A stretch of DNA of 64,000 nucleotides, taken from Owenweeksia hongkongensis DSM 17368 (GTDB lineage: Bacteria > Bacteroidota > Bacteroidia > Flavobacteriales > Schleiferiaceae). This document shows positions 46,863-56,146 of the stretch, in pieces (within the stretch, counting starts at the first letter, position 1; the number at the start of each line of letters is the position of its first letter). The translations under genes and the position numbers were made by a program. A model generated the notes under the pieces. That model made no database searches, had not been told where the DNA came from, and was given only the letters and a program-made list of their open reading frames with translations. Location of the stretch: contig CAMBEZ010000004.1 of NCBI GenBank assembly GCA_945865885.1, positions 22,337-86,336 on the forward strand. Reading direction: 5' to 3'.

Positions 46863-49346
46863 TTAAAAGTCGATTCGGTAGAAGAAAATAGGCAACAAGC
46901 CCAACTGGTACTCCTCCTGAACCGGGTTGCCGGACGGATGATCCGGCACAAAAGTCAGGGTGAGGATGTTTCTGTTGTTCAAGACGTTCGCCATATCGAT
47001 TCCAATTTGATGGCTGGTCCGAACAAAATTCCATTTGTACAAGAACTTGATGTCCGTGCGGTAGTACGCACGGTACTTTTCCGTGTTGAAGGTCTCCGAA
47101 ACAAAGTTGATTTCCAAGTTTTCCTCTGATTTGTCAAAGTCCACCGGTCCAAACCAGCGACCGCCCACGGTGGTGAATTTGCCGCTCAGCTGCAAGGCGC
47201 GTTTTCCGGCCAAACGCCATTCCTTCGCCAATATAAAGTTGAAGGCGTACTGGCCGTTGAAGGTGGTGTTGCGCTCCACGTTGTCTGAGCCGCGGTACTT
47301 GGCGTCGAACAAACTCGCCGTTACCAAACCGTAGAATCCCTTGGTGAAGAAGTGTTCCGCGGTCAATTCCAAACCGAAGTTGCGTCCCGTTCCGGTGTTT
47401 TCCAGGGTGTCGGGCCACAAACGTCCAAAACCGGAACCCGCATTGACCATGGAGAAGCTGGAGCCCACCACGCGCTGACCGAAGGTCGCGCTCAACGGGT
47501 TGGCGTCAATCTTCAGGCGTTCCACGGGAATGTTCCACAGGTACTGGTAGTACACTTCGGCCTTGAGGCGCATGGGCAACGAAGAAAGCCGATGCTCCAC
47601 ACCCGCCACGGAATGGTAGCTCTTGGTCAAGCCCATGTCCGTGTTGTGTTCTCCGGGGTCGCGCCCGTTGTTGCCGATGGCGTAGTAGTACAAGTAGGCG
47701 CTCTGCATTTGGCTGTGGATGCCCGTTCCTGCGAAGAAATTCGTATTCCGGGACTGCTTGTAGTTCAACCCCAAACGCGGTTCCACCAAGCTGATGGAAT
47801 TCGCGTTGATGTTGGAATAGGTGGCCGTCCAACCGGCGGTTAGGGACAGACGAGGAGTTAAGTTGCTCCGCATGCTGGCGTACGGCTGCACTACGGCCCA
47901 CTGCGCTCGGGTATCCCATTGAACGCGCCACGGGTAAACGGTTCCGTCCCGACCGTCCACTTTCCGTACGGAATCTTGGTACATCAAGTCGTAGAGGTCC
48001 GCGTTGAGGCCCACCTTGAACGTGGTGCGGTTGCTGATTTTTTGGGTGTAATGCGCAAAGCCGTGGAGCTTGTTTTCGGTAAACTTGTAGCCCAGAATGT
48101 TGACAATATCGTCCACCTGCCAAAGCGAATCCGGTGTGATGCTGCGGAAGACTTTGTCGTTGCGCGTGTCAATGTAGGACTGGCTTGCGGCCACCCCGGC
48201 GTTCACAAAGCTGGTGCGGGAAAGGGGCTTGGTGTAGTTCAAACCGCCCACGTACATGTCGGTTTTGAAGTACTGGTCCCGGTCTGTGGTGCCGTAGCTC
48301 TCAAAGTCTGAGCTGACCTTGTCCCCGTCGGAGTCGGAGACCATGATTTCGATGTTGGAGCGCCCAAACATGCCCCAAGCGGCTAATTTTCCGCCGTTTT
48401 TCTGGGGGAACGTGAAGCGAAACGCTCCGTCTTGGTAGCCGGGAACCGCAGAGGTTCCCAAGGGAATGCCCAATTTTTGGAACATGAACAGGGTGCTGTA
48501 GCGGTACACGCCCAAGAAAGAAGGAGCCGGACGACCCTCGCGGCCGCGGCCCAACGGACCTTCCACCATCAATTCCGTTCCCAAGAATCCCAGCTGGCCG
48601 GAAAACTCCAACTTTTCGTTGTTTCCGTCCCGCATCTTCAGGTCAAAAACACCCGCAATGGCGTTGCCGTACTCCGCCGGCCAGGCGCCCGTGAAGAAGT
48701 CGGAGTTGTCCAGAAACTTGTTGTTCAAAATGGTCACGGGACCGCCACCGGTTCCGGGAATGGAGAAGTGGTTGGGGTTGGGGATGTTGACCCCTTCCAT
48801 GCGGTACAAAACCCCTGCCGGCGTATTTCCGCGCACCACCAAATCGTTGCGTTGGTCGTCGGAACCCTGAACTCCGGCGAAGTTCGTGGCCATTCGCGCC
48901 GGTTCGCCGCGGCTGCCCGCGTATAAGTTGGTCTCTTCTACGGAAAACTGACGCGCGCTGACCACGGCCATCTCGTTTTTGGCCTGCCCTTCTTGGGTGG
49001 CCCTTACGGACACTTCTTGAAGCTGCGTGCTGGATTCCGCCATCGGGATGGTCAGAACCGCTTCTTTGGCGGTGGCCAATTCTACCGCACGTGCCATTTT
49101 GTCGTATCCAATCAACGAAACCACTACCGTTTGGCGCCCAATGGGGACAGCGGGAAAGCGGAACAATCCGTCGTTGTTGGTGATGGTTTTGAAGGTTCCA
49201 ATTTGAACCTGCGCACCGGGCAACGGGAATTTAGTATCTGCATCCACCACGGTGCCGCGCACTACGGTGGTTAAATTTTGCGCTCCAAGTGGAGTTAGTA
49301 GACTAAATACAAAGGCGAAAGCCCCAAGGAGTAGTTTTTTTTGCAT
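46863..49346 (-). CDS. TonB-dependent receptor with N-terminal carboxypeptidase-regulatory-like domain
   Basis: Signal peptide. VRGTVVDADTKFPLPGAQV (CarbopepD_reg-like), a plug region, a long beta-barrel, and a terminal aromatic F. Confidence 0.85.
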   Translation of the reverse strand: MQKKLLLGAFAFVFSLLTPLGAQNLTTVVRGTVVDADTKFPLPGAQVQIGTFKTITNNDGLFRFPAVPIGRQTVVVSLIGYDKMARAVELATAKEAVLTIPMAESSTQLQEVSVRATQEGQAKNEMAVVSARQFSVEETNLYAGSRGEPARMATNFAGVQGSDDQRNDLVVRGNTPAGVLYRMEGVNIPNPNHFSIPGTGGGPVTILNNKFLDNSDFFTGAWPAEYGNAIAGVFDLKMRDGNNEKLEFSGQLGFLGTELMVEGPLGRGREGRPAPSFLGVYRYSTLFMFQKLGIPLGTSAVPGYQDGAFRFTFPQKNGGKLAAWGMFGRSNIEIMVSDSDGDKVSSDFESYGTTDRDQYFKTDMYVGGLNYTKPLSRTSFVNAGVAASQSYIDTRNDKVFRSITPDSLWQVDDIVNILGYKFTENKLHGFAHYTQKISNRTTFKVGLNADLYDLMYQDSVRKVDGRDGTVYPWRVQWDTRAQWAVVQPYASMRSNLTPRLSLTAGWTATYSNINANSISLVEPRLGLNYKQSRNTNFFAGTGIHSQMQSAYLYYYAIGNNGRDPGEHNTDMGLTKSYHSVAGVEHRLSSLPMRLKAEVYYQYLWNIPVERLKIDANPLSATFGQRVVGSSFSMVNAGSGFGRLWPDTLENTGTGRNFGLELTAEHFFTKGFYGLVTASLFDAKYRGSDNVERNTTFNGQYAFNFILAKEWRLAGKRALQLSGKFTTVGGRWFGPVDFDKSEENLEINFVSETFNTEKYRAYYRTDIKFLYKWNFVRTSHQIGIDMANVLNNRNILTLTFVPDHPSGNPVQEEYQLGLLPIFFYRIDF

Positions 49347-49427
49347 GGAAGCAACTTTTTTGCAAACAACGGCATCTTATTTGCGGAGGGTTGGACTTTT
49401 ATGTTCGCATCTAATTTACACTTATTG

Positions 49428-51791
49428 ATGAACGTACGCGTTGCGATTTTTGCGGTTGCCGCATTTTTGTTTGGCACGAGCCCGGTATGGGCTCAGCGCT
49501 CCACCACCCTTTTTGGTTACGTAGAAGACCAGAAAACGGGAGAACGATTGATCGGCGCGTACGTGCACGACAAGGTTTCCAAAACCAGTACGGTCACCAA
49601 TGCCTACGGCTTTTATTCCTTGACTGTCCGCCAGGATTCCGCACGTCTTCAGGCCGGAACGGTGGGGTATGGGGCAGAGCAAGTGAAGTTTGGGGCGTCC
49701 AGCAGCCCGCGTTCGCACACTTTCGCCTTGGCTCCGGTGCAGCAAGTGTTGCGCGAAGCAACGGTGGTGGGCACCCGGGAGGCGCCGCTCCAACGCAGCA
49801 CCCAGATGAGCTCCATCAACCTCAATATGCGCACCCTCAAGAACCTACCGGTGTTGTTTGGGGAGCCCGACGTCTTGAAAATGGTGCAATTGCTTCCCGG
49901 AGTGAAAGGAGGAACCGAAGGCACGTCCGGTTTCTACGTTCGCGGCGGCGGTCCGGACCAAAACTTAATCCTGATCGACGGCGTTCCGGTCTACAACGTA
50001 AACCACTTGTTTGGTTTCTTCAGCATTTTCAACGGCGACGCCATCCAAAGCGTGCAGTTGATCAAAGGCGGTTTTCCCGCGGAGTACGGCGGGCGTCTGT
50101 CGTCGGTACTGGACATCCGGATGAAAGAGGGCAACCGAAAAGAATTCCACGGCGAAGGGGCAGTGGGGGTCATTGCCTCCCGGCTTACCCTGGAAGGTCC
50201 CCTCAACAAAAAAACGAGCTACCTCATCAGCGGCCGACGCACTTACTTGGATGCCTTAGCGGCTCCTTTTGTAGCCGCCACCAACGACGGAAATTCCGGC
50301 GGTTACTACTTCTACGACCTCAACGGCAAGATCAACCACCGGTTCAACGACGCCCACCAGCTGTACCTCAGTTACTACCAAGGCGCGGACGTGGTGTATT
50401 TAAACGGCAGCAACAAAGGAACCGACGAAGACGGTACCCGATACTCGGAAAAAACCAATTTTGGTTTGGACTGGGGCAACCGCATCGGCACGGCCCGTTG
50501 GAACTACCGCATCAATCCGCGTTTATTTACCAACACCACCGCCACCTACAGCCGGTATCGGTTCAATACCAACGTCAGCCAAGAAAACGAATACATCAAT
50601 TCAGACGGCAACCGGGACTACCAAAAGTTGCGCTTGGGACTTTCCAGTTTTATTGAGGACTACGGGGCCAAATGGGACGCGGATTGGCTGCCCAACAACC
50701 GCCATACGGTCAAGATGGGGGCGGGCATCACCCACCACACGTTTGAACCGGGAATACAAACGTTTGAATTTGACTTTGGCAACGGGGGGGCATTGGACAC
50801 CAATTCCGGCAGCAAAAGGCACTACGCCTGGGAGAGTTCGGTGTACGTACAAGATGATTTCTCGTTGTCCAAACGCTTAAAAATGAACGCAGGCCTGCAT
50901 TGGGCTACCTTTCAAGTGGGTTCCTCCACCTATTCTTCCTTGCAGCCGCGGTGGTCTGCTCGGTACTTGATCAACGCAAATGCATCGTTTAAGGCTTCGG
51001 CCGTGCGCATGACGCAGTTTTTGCACCTTTTGACCAATCAGACCATTGGATTGCCCACGGATTTGTGGGTGCCCGTCACGGACCGCATTGCCCCGCAGCA
51101 AGCCTGGCAAGTGGCCGCTGGATATGCGCACGTACTCCGAAATGGATTGAATTTAAGCGTAGAAGGTTACTACAAAGACCTTCAGAACTTGATCGAATAC
51201 AAAGAGGGAGCCACCTTCTTTTCGGCCAACGTGGATTGGCAAGACAAAGTGACCACGGGGCGCGGATGGGCCTACGGAACCGAACTTTTGTTGGAGAAAA
51301 AGGAGGGGAACACCACCGGCTGGTTGGGCTACACGCTGGCGTGGGCCAATCGCCAATTTGACGCCGTCAACAGTGGGAATCCGTATCCGTTTACGTACGA
51401 TCGTCGGCACGACGTCAGTTTGGTGGTCAACCACCGCATCAACGACAAATGGTCGGCCGGAATGGTTTGGGTGTACGGCACCGGGCGCGCCACTACCTTG
51501 CCCACAACGCGCTATGCGGGTTCCCCTTTTGAGCAATTTTTTGGTACGGCGGAGTACGTTTCCAGCCGCAACAATTTCCGGGAGCCCGCCTACCACCGCA
51601 TGGACCTGTCGTTTACCCGAACCAAAGTCACCGATTGGGGCAAATCCCAGTGGGTGTTTTCTGTTTACAACGCATACAACCGCATCAATCCTTTCCTGCT
51701 GCAGTTTGAGACCACCAACACCGGTCGCAAGTTGTTTGCCTACAGTTTGTTCCCCATTATTCCTTCTGTGTCCTATGGCTTCTCTTTTTAA
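49428..51791 (+). CDS. TonB-dependent receptor with N-terminal carboxypeptidase-regulatory-like domain
   Basis: Signal MNVRVAIFAVAAFLFGTSPVWAQ. GYVEDQKTGERLIGAYV, plug (PDVLKMVQLLPGV, FYVRGGGPDQNLILIDGVPVYN), and a terminal F. Confidence 0.85.
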   Translation: MNVRVAIFAVAAFLFGTSPVWAQRSTTLFGYVEDQKTGERLIGAYVHDKVSKTSTVTNAYGFYSLTVRQDSARLQAGTVGYGAEQVKFGASSSPRSHTFALAPVQQVLREATVVGTREAPLQRSTQMSSINLNMRTLKNLPVLFGEPDVLKMVQLLPGVKGGTEGTSGFYVRGGGPDQNLILIDGVPVYNVNHLFGFFSIFNGDAIQSVQLIKGGFPAEYGGRLSSVLDIRMKEGNRKEFHGEGAVGVIASRLTLEGPLNKKTSYLISGRRTYLDALAAPFVAATNDGNSGGYYFYDLNGKINHRFNDAHQLYLSYYQGADVVYLNGSNKGTDEDGTRYSEKTNFGLDWGNRIGTARWNYRINPRLFTNTTATYSRYRFNTNVSQENEYINSDGNRDYQKLRLGLSSFIEDYGAKWDADWLPNNRHTVKMGAGITHHTFEPGIQTFEFDFGNGGALDTNSGSKRHYAWESSVYVQDDFSLSKRLKMNAGLHWATFQVGSSTYSSLQPRWSARYLINANASFKASAVRMTQFLHLLTNQTIGLPTDLWVPVTDRIAPQQAWQVAAGYAHVLRNGLNLSVEGYYKDLQNLIEYKEGATFFSANVDWQDKVTTGRGWAYGTELLLEKKEGNTTGWLGYTLAWANRQFDAVNSGNPYPFTYDRRHDVSLVVNHRINDKWSAGMVWVYGTGRATTLPTTRYAGSPFEQFFGTAEYVSSRNNFREPAYHRMDLSFTRTKVTDWGKSQWVFSVYNAYNRINPFLLQFETTNTGRKLFAYSLFPIIPSVSYGFSF

Positions 51792-51819
51792 GTTCGACGT
51801 TCTTCGCGGGCGTCGCCTG

Positions 51820-52731
51820 ATGCGGTTGCTGACCTTGGGTTCGGCCGGAACCCTGTCTTTGGTGGCCTGCAAACGCGAAATCCCGTTCGACGATCCGTCG
51901 AGCCGCATGCTCACGGTGTACAGCGAGCTCAACCCGGGAAAGGCGGCGTGGGTGCACGTGACGCGCTCCACCACCTTGATGGGGGAGGGTGATCCCACTC
52001 CCGTGGCAGATGCATCGGTGCGCTGGACGGGCGAGGACGGCACGTTGTTGGCTACGGGAACGTACGTACCGGATTCCCTACAGGGCGCGTGGTACGTCAC
52101 GCCTTGGATGCCACAAGAAGGCACCCAGTACATCTTGGAGGTTGAAGTTGCGGCGAACGATGAGTTGGCAACAGCACGGGTTTCGGTTCCCACTTCCGCA
52201 GCCAACGTTCGGGTGGATTCTTTGTTTACGGTGGAACCGGATCCCAACGATTGGCTTCCGATCCGTCGGTCCACCTACGAACTCGAATTTGAAGACGATG
52301 GGACCCCGGGGGTCTTTGTGGTGCGTGCCTTTCTACACAACCGAGCTGCAACCGTTTGGCCGCCCCTGGATTCCAACATACGCGTGGTGTTTTCCCTGGA
52401 ATCTCAAGATCCGTTGTGGGAGACGAACGGTGCCATTTTTTCGCGCCTGGGTACGGCCCGGCTCGCCTTGAACGCAGACGAAATACCGAACGGTGAACGC
52501 AAGGTGCGCGTTGAGGTGGGGCACGGCGATTTTTTTGTATTGTCCAGTTACGATATCGTTTTTACGGTGGAGAAATGGGATTCAGACCTGTACCGCGCGG
52601 TGGTCTCTCAAGAGCGGGTGAGCGGTGCAGGCTCATTCAACCCGTTTGTGCAACCCATAACGTCGTTTTCCAATGTGGAAGGGGGCATCGGCTTCGCCGG
52701 CGGCAAGTCCCGCGTTTGGGTTCGGAAATAG
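51820..52731 (+). CDS. DUF4249-like lipoprotein
   Basis: Lipoprotein signal MRLLTLGSAGTLSLVAC. It sits directly downstream of a TonB-dependent receptor, the arrangement I recall for DUF4249. An alternative ATG at 51775 is possible. Confidence 0.6.
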   Translation: MRLLTLGSAGTLSLVACKREIPFDDPSSRMLTVYSELNPGKAAWVHVTRSTTLMGEGDPTPVADASVRWTGEDGTLLATGTYVPDSLQGAWYVTPWMPQEGTQYILEVEVAANDELATARVSVPTSAANVRVDSLFTVEPDPNDWLPIRRSTYELEFEDDGTPGVFVVRAFLHNRAATVWPPLDSNIRVVFSLESQDPLWETNGAIFSRLGTARLALNADEIPNGERKVRVEVGHGDFFVLSSYDIVFTVEKWDSDLYRAVVSQERVSGAGSFNPFVQPITSFSNVEGGIGFAGGKSRVWVRK

Positions 52732-52764
52732 GAGGCTTTTTTTGTGGGGCGCAGGCCCAAACGC

Positions 52765-52801
52765 ACCGAGCCGGCTCCAACGGAGCCGGCTCGGTCTTTT
52801 G
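52765..52801 (+). terminator. Rho-independent terminator
   Basis: ACCGAGCCGGCTCC-AAC-GGAGCCGGCTCGGT followed by CTTTTGT. Confidence 0.7.
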
Positions 52802-52834
52802 TAGGTACCGACGCGAAACGCGTCCCAACCAAGT

Positions 52835-54253
52835 TTACAGCATCGTGCTGGGGCAGACGTAAGCGGTTACCTCTTGTAATCCAGCATTTTTGATGGCGCC
52901 AAAGCCGCCGCGCACGTCCACAAGGTTGTGTACCCCACGGCTCTTCAGGATGGAGGCAAAAATCATGGAACGGTATCCGCCGGCGCAATGGATGTACAGG
53001 GTGTCGGCTTCTGGTAACTCGTTGAAACGCACGTTTAGGTCGTCCAGCGGCAAGTTGATGGCCGACGGCAGTCGCTCGGAGTAATTTTCGGACGTTTTGC
53101 GAACATCCAACACCGTTGCGGTTGGGTTGGAGGAACATACTGCAGCCAACTCGTCCGCGTTGATGCGTTTTACGGTGTCAAAATCGCGTTTTTCGGACTG
53201 CCATGCCGCAAAACCACCTTCCAAGAAACCCAGCACTCGGTCGTAACCTACGCGCGCCAAACGCTTGATGCTCTCTTCTTCTCGGCCTTCCGCGGCAACC
53301 ACCAAAATGTTTTGCTGAATGTCTGAGATCAAGGCGCCCACCCAAGGAGCAAATTGTCCGTCCAAACCGATGTTGATGGAACCGGGAATGTGTCCATTGG
53401 CGAAGGATTCCGCGTCGCGCGTATCCAGAACCAAGGCTTCCATGTGTTCGGCCATGGCCTCAAAGGCCTCGGGGTCAAAGGCTTTGCCGTGTTCGGCCAT
53501 CAATTCTTCAAATCCCGGAATGGCTTTTTTGTTCAAGGCAACGTTCAATGGGAAGTACGCGGGAGGAGGCATCAAACCGTCCGTTACCTCGCGCACAAAT
53601 TCGGCTACCGACATGTCCGAACGCAAGGCGTAGTTGGTGGCCTTTTGTTCGCCCAGGGTGCCGACGGTTTCTTTGCTCATGTTTTTTCCACACGCACTCC
53701 CGGCACCGTGGCCTGGGTACACGGTAACGTCGTCCGCCAGTGGCATCAACACCTCCCGCAAAGAGCGGTACAAGGATGTTGCGAGCTGCTCTAAGGTCAA
53801 GTGTGCTGCCTTTTGGGCCAAATCGGGACGTCCAACGTCCCCCAAAAACAAGGTATCGCCGGAAAACAAAGCGGTGTCCTTACCGTTTTCGTCCCGGAGC
53901 AAGTAGCACGTGGATTCCATGGTGTGACCCGGAGTATGCAAAACCACGATGGAGACCTTACCTACTTTCAGAATTTCTTCGTGTTGCGCGCTGTGAAAAG
54001 GAAAGTCCGGCTGTGCGTTGGGGCCGTACACAATGGTGGCGCCGCTTTTTTCAGCCAAAGCAACGTGACCGGAAACAAAATCCGCGTGAAAATGCGTTTC
54101 CAAAACGTACTTGATGCGAACACCGTCGCGCTCCGCACGCTCCAAATACGGAGCAGACTCACGCAGTGGATCAATCACAACTGCCTCGCCTTCGGAGGCA
54201 ATGTAGTAAGCACCTTGGGCCAAACAGCCCGTGTAAATTTGCTCAACAGTCAT
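52835..54253 (-). CDS. MBL-fold persulfide dioxygenase-like hydrolase fused to two rhodanese domains
   Basis: ETHFHADFVSG metal motif. Two C-terminal rhodanese modules, the last with the active-site loop HCAGGYRS. Confidence 0.85.
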   Translation of the reverse strand: MTVEQIYTGCLAQGAYYIASEGEAVVIDPLRESAPYLERAERDGVRIKYVLETHFHADFVSGHVALAEKSGATIVYGPNAQPDFPFHSAQHEEILKVGKVSIVVLHTPGHTMESTCYLLRDENGKDTALFSGDTLFLGDVGRPDLAQKAAHLTLEQLATSLYRSLREVLMPLADDVTVYPGHGAGSACGKNMSKETVGTLGEQKATNYALRSDMSVAEFVREVTDGLMPPPAYFPLNVALNKKAIPGFEELMAEHGKAFDPEAFEAMAEHMEALVLDTRDAESFANGHIPGSINIGLDGQFAPWVGALISDIQQNILVVAAEGREEESIKRLARVGYDRVLGFLEGGFAAWQSEKRDFDTVKRINADELAAVCSSNPTATVLDVRKTSENYSERLPSAINLPLDDLNVRFNELPEADTLYIHCAGGYRSMIFASILKSRGVHNLVDVRGGFGAIKNAGLQEVTAYVCPSTML

Positions 54254-54277
54254 GGCAACTAGCTATATTGGATTAGA

Positions 54278-55063
54278 TCAACTAAAGAACAACTCCTTGG
54301 TCAGTACAAAGAGCCCCATGGCAAGTACAAAGTAGCCAAAGCCCTTTTGAAGTTTTTGCGACGGAATCTTTTGTGCAGCAAAGGTACCCACCACCAAACC
54401 AACCAAGGCAACTAATACCACACGCCCCAAAAAGAACCAGTCCGTATTCAAGTGGTTCAAATCACCGGTAAATCCAATCAATGATTTTGCGGCTATGATG
54501 AGCAAGGATGTGCCTATTGCGCGCTTCATTTCCAAACCGGTCACCAAAACCAGTACCGGGATGATCAAGAATCCCCCGCCGGCACCCACCAAACCGGTGA
54601 GGACGCCAACGCCGGCACCTTCTCCCAGGACAATTGCGGCCTTGGCCGCAGGGCTTAAGTCTTTTTTTACGGTTTGGACCTTTTTGCCTTTGAGCATGCC
54701 GCGTGCCGCGAGCACCATTAATACCGCAAACAGCAGCATCAATCCTTGGCTTTTGGTAACGGGCCCCCACTGATCCGGCAGTGCCGGCATCAACCAGGCG
54801 CGGGTGGCATACACCGCAGCAATGGACGGGAGTCCAAACAACAACGCAGTTCCAAAGTCTACTTCTCCTTTAAAGGCTCTGGGCAAAACCCCCACCAACG
54901 CAGTAGTACCCACAATCACTAGGGAATAAGCCGTGGCTGCTTCGGGTTCCACCTGAAACAAATAAACCAATACCGGCAAAGTCAAAATGGAGCCGCCACT
55001 GCCCAACAATCCCAAAGAAAGACCAATCAGCAGCGAGGCCAAGTATCCCAGTACAATCATCAT
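54278..55063 (-). CDS. TauE/SafE family sulfite/organosulfur exporter
   Basis: Duplicated GxGGG(S/F) motifs (LGSGGSILTLP, VGAGGGFLIIP); about 8 TM helices. Confidence 0.85.
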   Translation of the reverse strand: MMIVLGYLASLLIGLSLGLLGSGGSILTLPVLVYLFQVEPEAATAYSLVIVGTTALVGVLPRAFKGEVDFGTALLFGLPSIAAVYATRAWLMPALPDQWGPVTKSQGLMLLFAVLMVLAARGMLKGKKVQTVKKDLSPAAKAAIVLGEGAGVGVLTGLVGAGGGFLIIPVLVLVTGLEMKRAIGTSLLIIAAKSLIGFTGDLNHLNTDWFFLGRVVLVALVGLVVGTFAAQKIPSQKLQKGFGYFVLAMGLFVLTKELFFS

Positions 55064-55087
55064 CCGTCAGTTCAACTTTTTGCCGTT

Positions 55088-55168
55088 CACCGGCGCACCG
55101 GTGGAGTGATTCACACCGCTGGTGCAAAAGTCTTCGGAATCTAGGTGATCACCTGTGACCTGAGTCAC
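55088..55168. promoter_or_regulatory. Cluster of five short palindromes sharing a GGTGA/TCACC core (candidate operator array or structured spacer)
   Basis: CACCGGTG 55096-55103; GTGATTCAC 55106-55114; CACCGCTGGTG 55114-55124; GGTGATCACC 55144-55153; GTGACCTGAGTCAC 55155-55168. All lie between the DUF1295 stop and the tauE start. Confidence 0.25.
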
Positions 55169-55188
55169 TGGAACCCGAAGAAGCTGGA

Positions 55189-56118
55189 TTACCAAAATTT
55201 CGGCAAGAACTTCCCGGTTTTCTCGCGGTACGCAGCAAATTTTGGGTATTTCTCCGCAGTGACGCCTTCGCTAAAATTCGCACTGCCGTTGAACAAAACC
55301 ACCAACAGCGCTGCACCCAACCAGGCTGGGGTGAGCCACAAACCGGTTGCCGTTGCAGCAAAAGCAGCAAATACAATCCAAATGGCTTGTTCGCAGGCGT
55401 AGTTGGGATGGCGCATCCAACGCCACAAACCGGAGTGGGTAAAACCAACGCCGTAGAAATCGCCCAGGTCCTCACCGGCTTTCCGTCGACGGTGCTTTTC
55501 TTCCTGGTAGTTCCATTGCTGTTGGTCCGCTGTGAATTCAAGGACAACCAATACCACAACCAAAAGGGCCAACAACCAATCGGTTGCGGAAAGCGCAGAA
55601 CCGTCGGCCGTCCATCCGTACACAATGGGCAGGGTAAAAAGGAGGATAAGGCCTTGCTGGTACAGGGAAATGAAGAAGAGGTTGAACAGCGACCACTTCC
55701 ACGGGCGGTTGAATGCGGGGTTCGCACGCAAAAGCGACCAACGGTAGTCTTCGTCGCCCTTCCAAGGAATCCAGGAGTAGCCACCCCGTCGGGCAAAATT
55801 GAAGGTCAGCCTTGCTCCCCACAAGGTAACCAATGCAGCCATCAGCGTAGGACGCGGTGCAAAATCACTAGCAGATGCGGCCATCCAGGCATAAACCAAA
55901 GGAATAATGCTCCACAATTTATCCACTTGGCTGTAGTTGCCGGTTGCCTCACCCAGGAGAAAGCACAAGGCGGCAACGGTCAGGTACACCCCCGTCAGCC
56001 GATAGAGTAAATCCACTTGTTCTGCCCGAAAATCAGGCATTTGAACACCGTAAACCAGTGCTGTGAAGGCCACCAACCCCACCACCAAACCAACAATTGT
56101 TTTGACCATAGTCGCCAA
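55189..56118 (-). CDS. DUF1295 (steroid 5-alpha-reductase/ICMT-like) membrane protein
   Basis: Polytopic membrane protein with GLWRWMRHPNYACEQAIW, the motif characteristic of this family. Confidence 0.75.
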   Translation of the reverse strand: MATMVKTIVGLVVGLVAFTALVYGVQMPDFRAEQVDLLYRLTGVYLTVAALCFLLGEATGNYSQVDKLWSIIPLVYAWMAASASDFAPRPTLMAALVTLWGARLTFNFARRGGYSWIPWKGDEDYRWSLLRANPAFNRPWKWSLFNLFFISLYQQGLILLFTLPIVYGWTADGSALSATDWLLALLVVVLVVLEFTADQQQWNYQEEKHRRRKAGEDLGDFYGVGFTHSGLWRWMRHPNYACEQAIWIVFAAFAATATGLWLTPAWLGAALLVVLFNGSANFSEGVTAEKYPKFAAYREKTGKFLPKFW

Positions 56119-56146
56119 AAGTACTATTTATCCGACATTTGGCGCA

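Noticed and set aside
49487-50656. 389-aa same-strand alternative-frame ORF inside the second TonB-dependent receptor. Comparable cases are 24819-25445 and 25491-26243 inside menC/E.
   Set aside because: The translations are Arg/Pro/Gly-rich and low-complexity with no motifs. The overlapping frames carry clear TBDR or MenE signatures.
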